NCBI GenBank assembly: GCA_041178425.1
Contig: JBEGVH010000026.1
Coordinates: 1 to 64,000 of the forward strand
DNA: 64,000 nt
From: Pseudomonadota bacterium
GTDB lineage: Bacteria > Bdellovibrionota > Bdellovibrionia > Bdellovibrionales > Bdellovibrionaceae
Reading direction: 5' to 3'
Below, one piece after another: positions 19,833-29,833 of the stretch. The notes beneath the pieces were generated by a model. It was not told where the DNA came from. It worked only from the letters and a program-made list of their open reading frames with translations, and searched no databases. Each line of letters starts with the position of its first letter. The first letter of the stretch is position 1. The position numbers and the translations under genes are program-made.

Positions 19833-20681
19833 TCAAAAAATCGACGAATAAGCGCCGACGATCACGTGAAAACCCGACGGGCTCTCTCCTAGCATTCCCG
19901 ATATCGATGCCATTCTTCCCGTAAGGCCGAAGTCTTTGTTGACTTGTAGTCGCCCGTCAACAAATTGCTCCGAGTACCAGCTGCGGTTCGATTCTTTGCA
20001 CGTCCATGATTTTGCGAGGCAGGCCTGCGAAAGTCCTACACTTAAACTCTTTTTTTCGCCAGGGCTGAAGGTGAAAGAAACCAGGGCTGAAGCCCCCTTC
20101 TGCTCCTCGGAGAATTGGGGTTGAAGTTGCTCTAGTAGCTGGTATTGCAAATTCAACATTGATCCTGGATTGAAGTGATAGGCAACCCCCATTCGGTACG
20201 CACGAGAAATCGTTGATGGGGCTGTGGGGTCGTTATCTTGGGGGCGAGGGTTCCACTCGGATCGGGTCGCGCCCAGGGTGTAGTAAGTTGTTCCTTGAAG
20301 AATTATTTTTGTGAGATCACCGCTAAAGTTTCTATCGGGGCGGAGTGAAGAATTGTTGCCGCCACCGATGTTTCCCTGAACAAACCACTGCTCTTTCGTG
20401 AGAGGTGATTGTATGCCCAATTCCCCATAAACAGAATTACTGCGAGGTCGGTCTATGGCCTCTGTGTGGGCCAAGAGGGTTTCGAAGCGAGGGATGAGTG
20501 TGACGTTCTCGGAGGTGTAACGACCTCCGAGAACCAGACCGCGATAATTCGAACGAGAGTCTCGCTGGTTGGTGAGTTGTTGAAACTGTAAAGAGACTTC
20601 GTTGGCAGAGGCCAACTCCGTCAACAAAGTTAATACGAGAATTAAAAATAAAGTATTAGTTAAGGAAAGTCCGGGTTTCAT
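19833..20681 (-). CDS. Putative outer-membrane beta-barrel protein, last gene of the EPS operon
   Basis: Signal peptide, alternating beta-strand pattern, C-terminal Phe (YSSIF); ATGA overlap with upstream gene. Confidence 0.55.
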   Translation of the reverse strand: MKPGLSLTNTLFLILVLTLLTELASANEVSLQFQQLTNQRDSRSNYRGLVLGGRYTSENVTLIPRFETLLAHTEAIDRPRSNSVYGELGIQSPLTKEQWFVQGNIGGGNNSSLRPDRNFSGDLTKIILQGTTYYTLGATRSEWNPRPQDNDPTAPSTISRAYRMGVAYHFNPGSMLNLQYQLLEQLQPQFSEEQKGASALVSFTFSPGEKKSLSVGLSQACLAKSWTCKESNRSWYSEQFVDGRLQVNKDFGLTGRMASISGMLGESPSGFHVIVGAYSSIF

Positions 20682-22507
20682 GGCGATCTTCTTTTCATCG
20701 AAAAGGAGAAAGCCTCAGTGCGCCCCCCGATGAGATATTGGCCCGTAAAGACACCATTTTTAATTTGGCCTCGCAATTGGACCATTGGGGTTTCGGCGGG
20801 AACATTGGTTTGATTGAGCAAAATGGCGCCCTTGTCGGGGTTGTTCAGCGTTGAAACAAAAGTGGCACTAATCGGACTTCCTCCGTTTGGAAAAGAAAGT
20901 GTAGCCATAAAGTCGTCCATCGAAGATTCTTGAATAATGAGGGTGCATTTTTTGGTTTCAATCGAAGAACCCTTTAAGCTTCCGTCGTATGTTCCGGCAA
21001 AGGATTCTTTTTTATCGAGATTTTGGTAATCCGCAAAGTTGATTGCCGAAATTAGTTTTCGCCCTTCGAAGCTCGTGCTCATTCCGTTGATGATCGAAGA
21101 GCCTTTGAAGGTCTTGTTGGATCCAACGAATTTGAGTCTCAAGCGGCGACTCACCGTTGAGCCCTCTTTGGTGCGATTATCGACGAGTCTCACATTTGAA
21201 AACTCCCAAACATGCTCTTTTGGTAAATATTGAGCATAGGCAAAGTTTGTTTGAGTTTCGCCGAGCTTAAAGGTGGCTCCAATCTCAGCGCTTTCATACC
21301 GTAAGATTGTAAGAACACCCTTTTCGCCCTCTTCGGTGGTGAGAGAAAAAATACCCTCGTACTCGTTCTTATAAATAAACCCGAGTCGGTTCAAACGCTC
21401 TAACCCCTTAGAGAGTTCATTGGCTTCGTAAAAAAGTCCGTAGTCGTAGTAACGTGGCAAAAGATGGTTTCCTACAAACGACAAAAATTCAATTTTGTGC
21501 GAGGGGTAAACCGTTGGTTCTAGGTGACTGATTCGACCACCCAAAGAGAGCACCTGTTCAGCGTTTAAGGTGCTCAAGGCTTTTTTGATGGATCCCTCAG
21601 GGACTTCATTTTTTGAAAACATCAGTTTTGTGAGAACGTTCAAAACCATATCTCCCACTGGGTTTTCATACTCGATGGCTCGGTCTTGCGACAGGGCTTT
21701 GTAACGAGCAAAGAGAACGGGAGAAAGATTAAGAATGTAAGTGACATCATCGGTGTTTTTTGCAGAAAGCACTTGGTGTTGTAGTTCTTTCACAAAGGAC
21801 TCCATCGAGGCTCTAACGGGAATCAGCTGAATGTATTTTTCATAGCCAGCGGTATCTAGCGTTTTGCCAAAGAGTCGGTGGATTTTTTCTAAAATTAAAC
21901 CTACCAGTTGAGCGGCCTCTTCGTTGATAAAATAAGAGCGGCGTTCGTTTTTGTGGTCTTTTTCTCTTTGAATGGTTAAATTCTCTAAAAAATAAACCAT
22001 TTTTATGGAAGCCAGAAAAGCACTGTCGAGTTGGTCTTGCCGAATCATTTCGTCTAACAAGAACTTTTGCCGTTTAAAAAAGAGGGGGGCCACGTCTTCC
22101 GGAAACCACTTAAGAATCATTTCAGTAAACTCCACCGGATCCTGGGAGATGTCCGAGAAGGGTATTGATTTAACGGCCATGCTGGCGGCGGTATCAGCAA
22201 AAGGGCTGGCATCAAAAACCGAAAAGTTAAGCGACGTTTCGATTTGTTGGAGTTGATCTAAAATTCTCACGTAGGGAATAAGATCTTCTTTCTTATCGAG
22301 GGCATTATAGAGGTCTTTGAGCTCAAACATAGTATCAGAAAATTCAACCCGGCCTTTTTTGGATTTTTCAACGATTTGCTCAGGTGTGGTTCTTGATTCG
22401 TTAAAGAGGGCCCGCGGCCGAGCCCACAGCTCTGGGCTTTTTATAGATATGGCCGAAAAGAATATAAAAAGAGGAATCAGTCCAAGTCGGGTGCATTTTT
22501 GGGTCAT
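20678..22507 (-). CDS. Exported hypothetical protein (helical N-half, beta-rich C-half) in the EPS operon
   Basis: AAGGAG RBS, signal peptide, ATGA overlaps on both sides; no family recognised. Confidence 0.7.
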   Translation of the reverse strand: MTQKCTRLGLIPLFIFFSAISIKSPELWARPRALFNESRTTPEQIVEKSKKGRVEFSDTMFELKDLYNALDKKEDLIPYVRILDQLQQIETSLNFSVFDASPFADTAASMAVKSIPFSDISQDPVEFTEMILKWFPEDVAPLFFKRQKFLLDEMIRQDQLDSAFLASIKMVYFLENLTIQREKDHKNERRSYFINEEAAQLVGLILEKIHRLFGKTLDTAGYEKYIQLIPVRASMESFVKELQHQVLSAKNTDDVTYILNLSPVLFARYKALSQDRAIEYENPVGDMVLNVLTKLMFSKNEVPEGSIKKALSTLNAEQVLSLGGRISHLEPTVYPSHKIEFLSFVGNHLLPRYYDYGLFYEANELSKGLERLNRLGFIYKNEYEGIFSLTTEEGEKGVLTILRYESAEIGATFKLGETQTNFAYAQYLPKEHVWEFSNVRLVDNRTKEGSTVSRRLRLKFVGSNKTFKGSSIINGMSTSFEGRKLISAINFADYQNLDKKESFAGTYDGSLKGSSIETKKCTLIIQESSMDDFMATLSFPNGGSPISATFVSTLNNPDKGAILLNQTNVPAETPMVQLRGQIKNGVFTGQYLIGGRTEAFSFSMKRRSP

Positions 22508-24588
22508 CGGTTTTCTCCTTTGAAATCGATGTGAATGTTTTTTGTGTGGTTTATGTTAAAGTTTAGGTTTTGATCGGGGCCGTAGGTTTCGCGCAGAAAC
22601 GGAGTGCTTGTCGTGGCACTAAAGCCAATCGGGTAGGTCACATTCACCTCGCAGTCTCTTTGCGAATGGCCAGTGATCGAAAGAGAATCTACCGACCCCA
22701 CCGTCATTGAGGCTTCAAAGCCACAGGCTTCATAATTCATTCTTTTTACATAGTGTTGCGCCAAATCATCGAATTTAAGCGAAAGGATAGGTAGATCTGA
22801 TATTTTACGAAACTCTGTCACAACGCTCTCAAGCCATAGTGACAACAAACTATGGCGCCGACTCGCTGTTTGGTGGTCTTGCTCTGGCATTTCAAAAACT
22901 CGCATATTGAGTTGATGAAACATGTGGGGAATAGGTTCAAGGCGCAGAAGTCCTCTCACCACGCGATCAGCTTCTCTGGCGTAAATTTCGTTATAAGTGA
23001 GATCGCGCTGAAAGTATTTTCGATAAAAGTGATTATACTCCGACATAAGCTCACTCAGATCACTCACATTAAAGTAAATCTCTGTTGCAGCTCTTGGAAT
23101 AATCAGCACGCCGTCTTGTCCGTTATGCGCTTTGGTGGTCCAGCGCCCTACATACAAATTTTCAGGGCTGATTTCGGGGCGAGTCGTATCGCCGATCACG
23201 TACTGAATCTGGCTGTCGAGCATGGCTCTAAGAACCTCTCCAGAAAACAACCCACTGATCCGTGGAGTGATCATGCTATGGTCTGAGTAGGTTGGAAAAC
23301 TCAAGCTGCCAAAAAGGTCTTTAGCGAGCTCTCTGTTTTTGTCAAATTCAGCGATGGCTCTCGGATAGTTGAGCAGATTCAAATCCATATGTGAAAAAGT
23401 GTGGTTGACCCAAAAAAAACGATCTTTAAGGGTCTGTGTGGTTTTAAAGAGAGCATCATGGGCGTAGCCCTTTTTTTTCCAAACACCATACCCATTAAAG
23501 GCAAATTCAATTTTGTAATCCTTAGACTGAACGAGCGGCAGCAACGTGTGGTCCTGCCAATCAATGTACGACTGCATGTCTGAGGGTGAGAGTCGGTAGT
23601 TTCTCGACATATCGGTGGGCATTGAGAGCTTGCGAGGGTCCCAGCGGTTATTCTCAAGAAAGTAGTCATCGACCTGAATGTTTAAAAAGAGTCGGCGTTT
23701 GCCGAGATAAAAGCCTCTGGTGATCCACTGAAGCCAAAGGTGTGATGACACGAGGCTCGCTTTGGTAAAGCGGCTTTGCACAAAAAAGAAATGCATTTGT
23801 TCTCTTTGGTCGGGGTAACTAACAATCGCTGAAGCCACGCCTTGGTTTTCTCCGCATGGTTCGGTTTCGGCTCTGGAGTCGGCGCACGGTTGTTTAAAAT
23901 ACAAGAGGGGTTTGGTCATCTTCTCATCGGTGATACGGCCTGGAATCTGCCATGTGTTGGTGAGAAGGATGGCGATTCCTGACTTCAAACCAGTGGTGAA
24001 GCTCTCGGCCTGATATGGGAGAACAACAAAAGCAGGTTCTTTTCCCGCGCTACCAAATTGCTCCATTCCAATTTTGGGATTAGGCCAGCTATTGAGCGAG
24101 ACACGTCGCACTTGAAATTGTTTTTCGTAGGCCTCGAGTCGTTGCCACTGCTCCTTATTGAGGGCTGAATGCCATCGCCCTTGCGTGTCTTTGGTGGCCA
24201 GTTGGCTGTTTGTTAAGACAATGCCATAGTACAGCCCCTTTGATTCCTCTGAGGTGAGCGGAGGCAGGTCGCGCAGGGTGCCGTTTGCATCGGTTAAAGC
24301 ATAGTGATCAAAAGAAATCGAATAACTCCTCAAGGCCTGAATTCCCACGGTTACCTCGGGTTCAATGGCGGGATCATTGCCTACACTAAGAAACAGAATC
24401 TTCATGCGTTTGGTGAGCCTTGGAGTGGTCGCTTCAGGATTCGTCACGGACTGGGGCCGAGTGGCAATAGGTTTTGAAAGATTCTGGTGTCTTTCAAAAG
24501 GGTTGCTACACGCCATGATGAAGGGCAGAACAAGGCTACTTAATCGGCCCAATGCCCTGTTGTTGAATAAACAGATTTTACTGTGCAC
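22504..24588 (-). CDS. Agd3/CE18-like polysaccharide deacetylase lipoprotein (copy 2)
   Basis: GTG start 24588 with AAGGA RBS; lipobox IMAC; W..LEAYEKQFQVRRV, QWITRGFYLGKRRLFLNIQVDDYFL, FFWVNHTFSH, PRAATEIYFNV, HMFHQ. Confidence 0.78.
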   Translation of the reverse strand: MHSKICLFNNRALGRLSSLVLPFIMACSNPFERHQNLSKPIATRPQSVTNPEATTPRLTKRMKILFLSVGNDPAIEPEVTVGIQALRSYSISFDHYALTDANGTLRDLPPLTSEESKGLYYGIVLTNSQLATKDTQGRWHSALNKEQWQRLEAYEKQFQVRRVSLNSWPNPKIGMEQFGSAGKEPAFVVLPYQAESFTTGLKSGIAILLTNTWQIPGRITDEKMTKPLLYFKQPCADSRAETEPCGENQGVASAIVSYPDQREQMHFFFVQSRFTKASLVSSHLWLQWITRGFYLGKRRLFLNIQVDDYFLENNRWDPRKLSMPTDMSRNYRLSPSDMQSYIDWQDHTLLPLVQSKDYKIEFAFNGYGVWKKKGYAHDALFKTTQTLKDRFFWVNHTFSHMDLNLLNYPRAIAEFDKNRELAKDLFGSLSFPTYSDHSMITPRISGLFSGEVLRAMLDSQIQYVIGDTTRPEISPENLYVGRWTTKAHNGQDGVLIIPRAATEIYFNVSDLSELMSEYNHFYRKYFQRDLTYNEIYAREADRVVRGLLRLEPIPHMFHQLNMRVFEMPEQDHQTASRRHSLLSLWLESVVTEFRKISDLPILSLKFDDLAQHYVKRMNYEACGFEASMTVGSVDSLSITGHSQRDCEVNVTYPIGFSATTSTPFLRETYGPDQNLNFNINHTKNIHIDFKGENR

Positions 24589-26620
24589 GAGGTTGTCCTT
24601 TCTCGATAGTAAATGAGAGGTTTTGATCGGAGGAAGAGAAACTGTAGATGGTGTCGGGCCCGTTCGCTTCACTCTTTAAATTATCGGGGTTAGTGGTTGA
24701 AGACTCTTTTGAGGTCATCAACCTATTTTGTTTAGGAATCGTGAAGTAGACTTCGCAGTTCTTCTTCGAAGAGGTTGTTAGGCCCTTGGCTTCGCCCTTT
24801 TGAAGAGTTAAATAGGCTTCGAACTCACAGTCGTTGAAACTCATTCGTCTCAGGAAATAGCGATGCAGATCGTCTAATTTTAAGGCTCTCAAGGGCAAGC
24901 TGCTCATCGTGCGAAAATCTCTTGTTACAAAGTCGAGCCACAGAGAAATCAAGCTGTGTCGAACGTTGAGCTCGCCGGTGGCGGGATCATTGATATAAAA
25001 GGCCCTTATGTTGGGTTGGTGAAACATATGCGGAGTGGGTTCAAAGCGGAGCAGGCTCTTGGTTACTCTGTAAGCCTCGCGATGGAAGATGTCTAAGTAC
25101 GTTGAGTGTTTTTTAAAATGCTTAAGGTAGTAGTGATTGTATTCTGACTCGAGTTCTTTGAGGGTGCTAACGTTAAAGTAAATTTCGGTAGCGGCTCGCG
25201 GAATGATTAAAATGCCATCGGCGCCGTTTTGCTCCTTGGTGGTCCATCGGCCCACATAAACATTCTTGGGTGTAATTTCAGGTCGAGTGGTGTCACCGAT
25301 CACGGCATTGATATGGCTGTCTTTCATGGCCTTCAGTACTTCTGCTGAAAAGAGTCCACTAATTCTCGGTGTGATCATCGCATGATCGGAGTAGTTTGAA
25401 AAATCGAGAGTGCCAAAGAGATCTTTAGATAACTCCCGATTTTTATAAAATTCGGCCATGGCTCGAGGGTAGTTGAGCATATTAAGATCAAGGTGGGAGT
25501 AGGTATGATTTACCCAGAAAAACTCGTCTTTGATTTTTTGGCTGTATTTAAAGAGTGGGTCTCGAGCATACCCACGACGCTCCCACACTCCGTACCCGTT
25601 GAAGGCCATCTCGAGTTTAAAGCTCCCATCGCCCAGCCTCGGAATCAATTCTTTGTGTTGCCAATCGAGATACGTTTGGATGTCTTGTTTTGTGAGGCGA
25701 AAATCCCTCGACCCATCACTTGGAGTACTTTGTGTGGTTGGGTTCCAAATCGGGGTCGATAAAAAATAGTCATCAATGTGAACATTCAGAAACACTTTTC
25801 GATGGCCGGTAAAAAATCCCTTGGTGAGCCATGGAACCCATAAATGAGTGCTCATCATGCTTCCTTTTGAATAAGGGCTTTGGGCAAAAAAGAAATGCAT
25901 TTGCTCGCGACCGTCGTTGAATTTCACTACGGCCGAAGCGATGGTCTGCTCGTTGCTACAACCTTCGCTTGGTGTTGAATGCTCCGAGCAATCTCGCTCA
26001 TAAAAAAGTACGGCTTTAGCCTGCTCCGGGTTAGTTATCTTGGCGGGCATTTGCCAATTGTTTTCGAGGGGGGCCTTGGCTCCCGATGTGAGTCCCGAAA
26101 AAGAAGAATCAAAATCTTTATTGAGAACAACCTGCACGGGTTTGTTTCCGGGTGAACCCGCGATGGCTAAACCGAGCTTAGCGCTCGGCCAGGTATTGAG
26201 CGAGACGCGGCGAAGGTGTCTCTGTGCTTCGTAATCCTCAAGCGTCTTCCATTCCTCTGGGTTGAGGGCCGAAATCCAAGATCCGCTTTGGTGGCGAAAG
26301 GCAAGATCACCATTCGTAGCAATAACGCCATAGTATTGGCCGTCGCCCGAGCTGTTTTCTAAGGCGGGCAGACCTCGTGTTTTGTTGCCCTGGCCGTCGG
26401 TTAGAACAATGTGATCAAAATCAATTGAGAGCGCAAGCAGAGCCTGTCGTGCCACTTCAACCTCTGGCTCCACGCGTGGGTCATCGGTGATAGAGAGAAG
26501 CATAATTTTCATTCTTACCCTTTGTTCTTGGGCTTGCTTTGTGGCTTGTTGGCACCCCCCCGTTAACGGGAGGGATACCAACAGAAAGAGGAGAGTAAAA
26601 CGGCGAAGTAATGATTTCAT
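24578..26620 (-). CDS. Agd3/CE18-like polysaccharide deacetylase lipoprotein (copy 1)
   Basis: AGGAG RBS before ATG 26620; lipobox LTGGC; WLTKGFFTGHRKVFLNVHIDDYFL, FFWVNHTYSH, HMFHQPN; clear paralog of the next gene. Confidence 0.78.
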   Translation of the reverse strand: MKSLLRRFTLLFLLVSLPLTGGCQQATKQAQEQRVRMKIMLLSITDDPRVEPEVEVARQALLALSIDFDHIVLTDGQGNKTRGLPALENSSGDGQYYGVIATNGDLAFRHQSGSWISALNPEEWKTLEDYEAQRHLRRVSLNTWPSAKLGLAIAGSPGNKPVQVVLNKDFDSSFSGLTSGAKAPLENNWQMPAKITNPEQAKAVLFYERDCSEHSTPSEGCSNEQTIASAVVKFNDGREQMHFFFAQSPYSKGSMMSTHLWVPWLTKGFFTGHRKVFLNVHIDDYFLSTPIWNPTTQSTPSDGSRDFRLTKQDIQTYLDWQHKELIPRLGDGSFKLEMAFNGYGVWERRGYARDPLFKYSQKIKDEFFWVNHTYSHLDLNMLNYPRAMAEFYKNRELSKDLFGTLDFSNYSDHAMITPRISGLFSAEVLKAMKDSHINAVIGDTTRPEITPKNVYVGRWTTKEQNGADGILIIPRAATEIYFNVSTLKELESEYNHYYLKHFKKHSTYLDIFHREAYRVTKSLLRFEPTPHMFHQPNIRAFYINDPATGELNVRHSLISLWLDFVTRDFRTMSSLPLRALKLDDLHRYFLRRMSFNDCEFEAYLTLQKGEAKGLTTSSKKNCEVYFTIPKQNRLMTSKESSTTNPDNLKSEANGPDTIYSFSSSDQNLSFTIEKGQPRAQ

Positions 26621-26628
26621 AAAAACTC

Positions 26629-27459
26629 CTAGCGGCATGAAACTCTATAAGCATCTAGATTTGTATTCTTCTTTAAAAAATCAAAATTGAGCGAGTTTGA
26701 TTTTGAGCAAAAGCGTCTGGTTGAAAGCGAGTATTCGATTCCAAAAACCGCTTTTCCTTGTTTGATAAAGGCAGAGAGAGTTCCGCACTCGTTATAATGC
26801 CAACACGATTCATTGATGGCGAAATCGTAGTCATTCACCAAATCAACAATCTGTTCGACATTGTTTTTGAGTCCAATGGAGAGGTTTCTTAAATGAGCCT
26901 CTTCGGCCATCGTTTTGTTGTAAGTGATCTGATCCTGGTAGGAGATGTTAAAGCCAGATTTCTGGGTATAAACATCCATATTATCTAAATCGAGAGCGTC
27001 ACATTTTTTTTCCACCGCAAGATCCATCCTCGCCCGCATAATCGGGAGGAGTTCAGTGAGGTTTCGCACGTCGAGCCAGTTTTCTCCCGGCCAATCGCCC
27101 AAGGGTGCTCCTTTGACAGCATTACTAAATTTACTGTAGTCGGGTCGCCAGTCTTCTGAGCTACCAGCACTAAAGTAGCAAATCACCTTAATGCCTTTTC
27201 TATGGAGTGTATCAATAAAACGTTGTGGGGTATCAAAGAGATCGAGATCGAAGGCCTTGACATTCACGTTGGAGTTGAGCCTACCGGCAAATTGAATTTG
27301 CCAAGAGGTGCCGGGTTTGGGCATCCAACGGGCCGATGTGGACGGTGGTTCTTGTTGCTTTGGAGGAGGTGATTGCGAATCCTTGGCCTCAAGCGATAAG
27401 GTCGACATGAGAGCTAAAATCGAGAGAACAACTGCGTGGCTTTTTATTCGGCGGTTCAT
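26629..27459 (-). CDS. GH114 endo-alpha-1,4-polygalactosaminidase (Ega3-like)
   Basis: WMPKPGTSWQIQ, DLDLFD, KVICYFSAGSSEDWRPD, WPGENWLD, CDALDLDNMD, IGLKN, FAINESC, GKAVFGIEY; signal peptide; ATG 27459 overlaps the pelF-like stop. Confidence 0.9.
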   Translation of the reverse strand: MNRRIKSHAVVLSILALMSTLSLEAKDSQSPPPKQQEPPSTSARWMPKPGTSWQIQFAGRLNSNVNVKAFDLDLFDTPQRFIDTLHRKGIKVICYFSAGSSEDWRPDYSKFSNAVKGAPLGDWPGENWLDVRNLTELLPIMRARMDLAVEKKCDALDLDNMDVYTQKSGFNISYQDQITYNKTMAEEAHLRNLSIGLKNNVEQIVDLVNDYDFAINESCWHYNECGTLSAFIKQGKAVFGIEYSLSTRRFCSKSNSLNFDFLKKNTNLDAYRVSCR

Positions 27460-29051
27460 ATTGCACATCCTTTGTTTAATGTTGTTGCCGCGTTCGTTAT
27501 TTGTTCTGCAAGAGGGTGGTCCGAAGGCTCTAAATAAGACTTGTAGAGCGAGCGATACAGGTTCATCACTCCCTGAGCCTCGAAATGATTTTTTACTCGG
27601 ACTGGTCCATTTTGACGAAAGGTGTGCATGAGCAAGGGGTTCGATAAAACCCTAACAATAGCGTCTGAAAAAAGCGCTGGTGATCGAGGAGGAACAATCA
27701 CACCTGCTGGTCCAAGATTTGAGGACGAGTCGTTGGTGGGGAGCGGTTTTACAAGAATTTGGTTCATGGCTCCAACATCGGTTCCAACAATGGGTATGCC
27801 ACAAGCCATTCCTTCGAGAACGGCCACGGGGAGTGCCTCTGAGTGACTTGAGAGAAGAATGACATCGGAATTTTGTAAAACCTTAGAGACATCTTGCGAG
27901 CCATGAAATGTAATCAACGACTGAAGATCAAGAGCATCGACTCTTTCCAGGCACTGCTGATAGTAGGGCGGATCTTCGTCATAGGGGCCAAAAACATCGA
28001 GGTGAAAGCTAAAGTGGGCGAGCTCACGAAGGTTGTTAACGGCGTCTATGAGGTCGAGAACGCCTTTGACAGGAACGATACGGCCAATAAAAGTAAGTCG
28101 ATAGAAGGCTTTTTCAAGGTGAACGTCGACGCCTCTGCTTTTTGCTAGCTGGAGAGTGCGAACGTTTTCGAATCGATCAAAACAGACCCCGTTAGGAATA
28201 ATTCTAATGTTTTCTTTTTTCATTCCTAATTCGACAGCTTGCTCAGCAATGTCTGGAAAAAGGTAGGTTCCGCAATCAGCATAGCCATAAGTAAGGTGGC
28301 CAACAAATTCAAACCAGCGTTGCCAAAGGCTGATGCGTTTGCTCAATCGAGAATCCCTCTGCCCTTGCTCGTCTAATTGTTTTCTGATGTCTTTTAGATA
28401 AAGAGAATGTTCGGTGAGGAGAAAGTGGCTACTATTTTGTTGTGCGGCCATCGCGGCGGCGAGACCAGCGTATCCAGCGGTGTGCGAATGGTAGATTTTA
28501 GCCAGAGGATATCTTTGATCTAATAATGAGAATGCTAAATTAATAAACTCTTTTTGACTCCAGAAAAGTTGTTCAAACGACATATCAATGTTGGAAAATT
28601 GTTCTAGAAGGGCATCAATAAATTGTGAGCTGTGGAGGATTGTTTCTGTTTTCTTTTTTCGGGTCAAAGGATTGAAATATTTATGGTAGAGTTTTTGAAA
28701 CTCTTCGTAAGAGCCGTCTAGTGTTTGAGCGATGGCTCGAGTGAGTTCTTTGGCAAAGGCTTTTGCCTCATGGGAGTCAATGCTTTTAGAAAACCCAAGT
28801 AAATTAAAAAACGCAGACGGCGGTTTTTCTTCATTGAGATAAACAGGAAACACCCACTTTATGTTCGCTGGTAGTTGATATTTTGGTGTGTGCGGAGATT
28901 GGCGGTCCCAAGCAATGTGAATGACTCCAAAACTGAGATCGGGGTGATTTTCGATTATTTGATGCATCACCGAAGAGACACCTCCTTTGACGAAGGGATA
29001 GGTGGCCTCGGCGACCAGGGCGATATCGACTGGTAGGAAGGTTTTCTTCAT
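27456..29051 (-). CDS. pelF: PelF-like GT4 glycosyltransferase (DUF3492 + GT4)
   Basis: DIALVAEATYPFVKGGVSS, YHSHTAGYAG, FLLTEHSLY, IIPNGV, FIGRIVPVKG, SHSEALPVAVLEGMACGIPIVGTDVG. Confidence 0.85.
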   Translation of the reverse strand: MKKTFLPVDIALVAEATYPFVKGGVSSVMHQIIENHPDLSFGVIHIAWDRQSPHTPKYQLPANIKWVFPVYLNEEKPPSAFFNLLGFSKSIDSHEAKAFAKELTRAIAQTLDGSYEEFQKLYHKYFNPLTRKKKTETILHSSQFIDALLEQFSNIDMSFEQLFWSQKEFINLAFSLLDQRYPLAKIYHSHTAGYAGLAAAMAAQQNSSHFLLTEHSLYLKDIRKQLDEQGQRDSRLSKRISLWQRWFEFVGHLTYGYADCGTYLFPDIAEQAVELGMKKENIRIIPNGVCFDRFENVRTLQLAKSRGVDVHLEKAFYRLTFIGRIVPVKGVLDLIDAVNNLRELAHFSFHLDVFGPYDEDPPYYQQCLERVDALDLQSLITFHGSQDVSKVLQNSDVILLSSHSEALPVAVLEGMACGIPIVGTDVGAMNQILVKPLPTNDSSSNLGPAGVIVPPRSPALFSDAIVRVLSNPLLMHTFRQNGPVRVKNHFEAQGVMNLYRSLYKSYLEPSDHPLAEQITNAATTLNKGCAI

Positions 29052-29833
29052 AGGAGCCCCCTTGGCCATTCGTTCAACAGAGGGGAACTATAGAGGTCAG
29101 ACACCAGCCAAGAGGACAGTACATGATCCGGCTCTTCTTTTTTTTGACATGGGGGTTTTTCGTTATTTGTGCCATCATACACAAGACCAAAAATGGGGAT
29201 GTTTGGAAACTTAGATTTTATGAGGCGGAGATAAGTAAGAAGATAGTTTCGATACCAATTGAAATCGGGATGAGCGGCTTCGACGCATTCAAAGCGAGAG
29301 AGACCTTCGAGCACGATGCCATCGATATTATCCAGTTTTGTCCAGAGTTCCATTCCTCGATTGACAAAAAGAGAAAACGGTCTTGTTGCTTTGACTTGTA
29401 TTTCGTTGAGTAAACTAAGAAAAATCAGACTTCTTGTTTTCGATTGGGCAATGACGTCCAGATCATCAACAAAGAGGCCGTGGAGATCTTCGTTCTTTAA
29501 AAGCTCAAGTGCCGTTTTAACGACGTAGTCTTTCGCTCGTTGAGCGGTGAGATCTAGAGTGATGGTTCTCCATCTCGGATTGAATTGTAAATGGGGTAAG
29601 TCCTGAGCGATTTCAGAATGAGGTTCGTCGACCCACACATTAATAGGGTTCCAGTAGGCATAACGCTTCGATGTCGGAAAGAAATCATTCAGCAGATTCA
29701 TTTGCATGATGGGATGATAATCTTGCAGCACCACAGAGCATTGCTCCAATGATCGCGTTTTGGCTGGGTTGGGAAACTCGGTTCCGTAATATAAAACGCA
29801 ATTGGGAGTTGCATTGATTGGTGAAGGATTCAT
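29048..29833 (-). CDS. Divergent PelA-hydrolase-like (GH166/GH114 TIM-barrel) protein
   Basis: VLYYG, YAYWN, NPRW.....DL, GLFVDDLD, FVNRGMEL, DGIVLE, PIFGLVY; GAGGGG RBS; ATGA overlaps on both sides; no signal peptide seen. Confidence 0.6.
   Translation of the reverse strand: MNPSPINATPNCVLYYGTEFPNPAKTRSLEQCSVVLQDYHPIMQMNLLNDFFPTSKRYAYWNPINVWVDEPHSEIAQDLPHLQFNPRWRTITLDLTAQRAKDYVVKTALELLKNEDLHGLFVDDLDVIAQSKTRSLIFLSLLNEIQVKATRPFSLFVNRGMELWTKLDNIDGIVLEGLSRFECVEAAHPDFNWYRNYLLTYLRLIKSKFPNIPIFGLVYDGTNNEKPPCQKKEEPDHVLSSWLVSDLYSSPLLNEWPRGLL

Noticed and set aside
24589..24672. Longer start for the second Agd3-like gene
   Set aside because: It overlaps the upstream gene; GTG 24588 has an RBS and places the lipobox correctly
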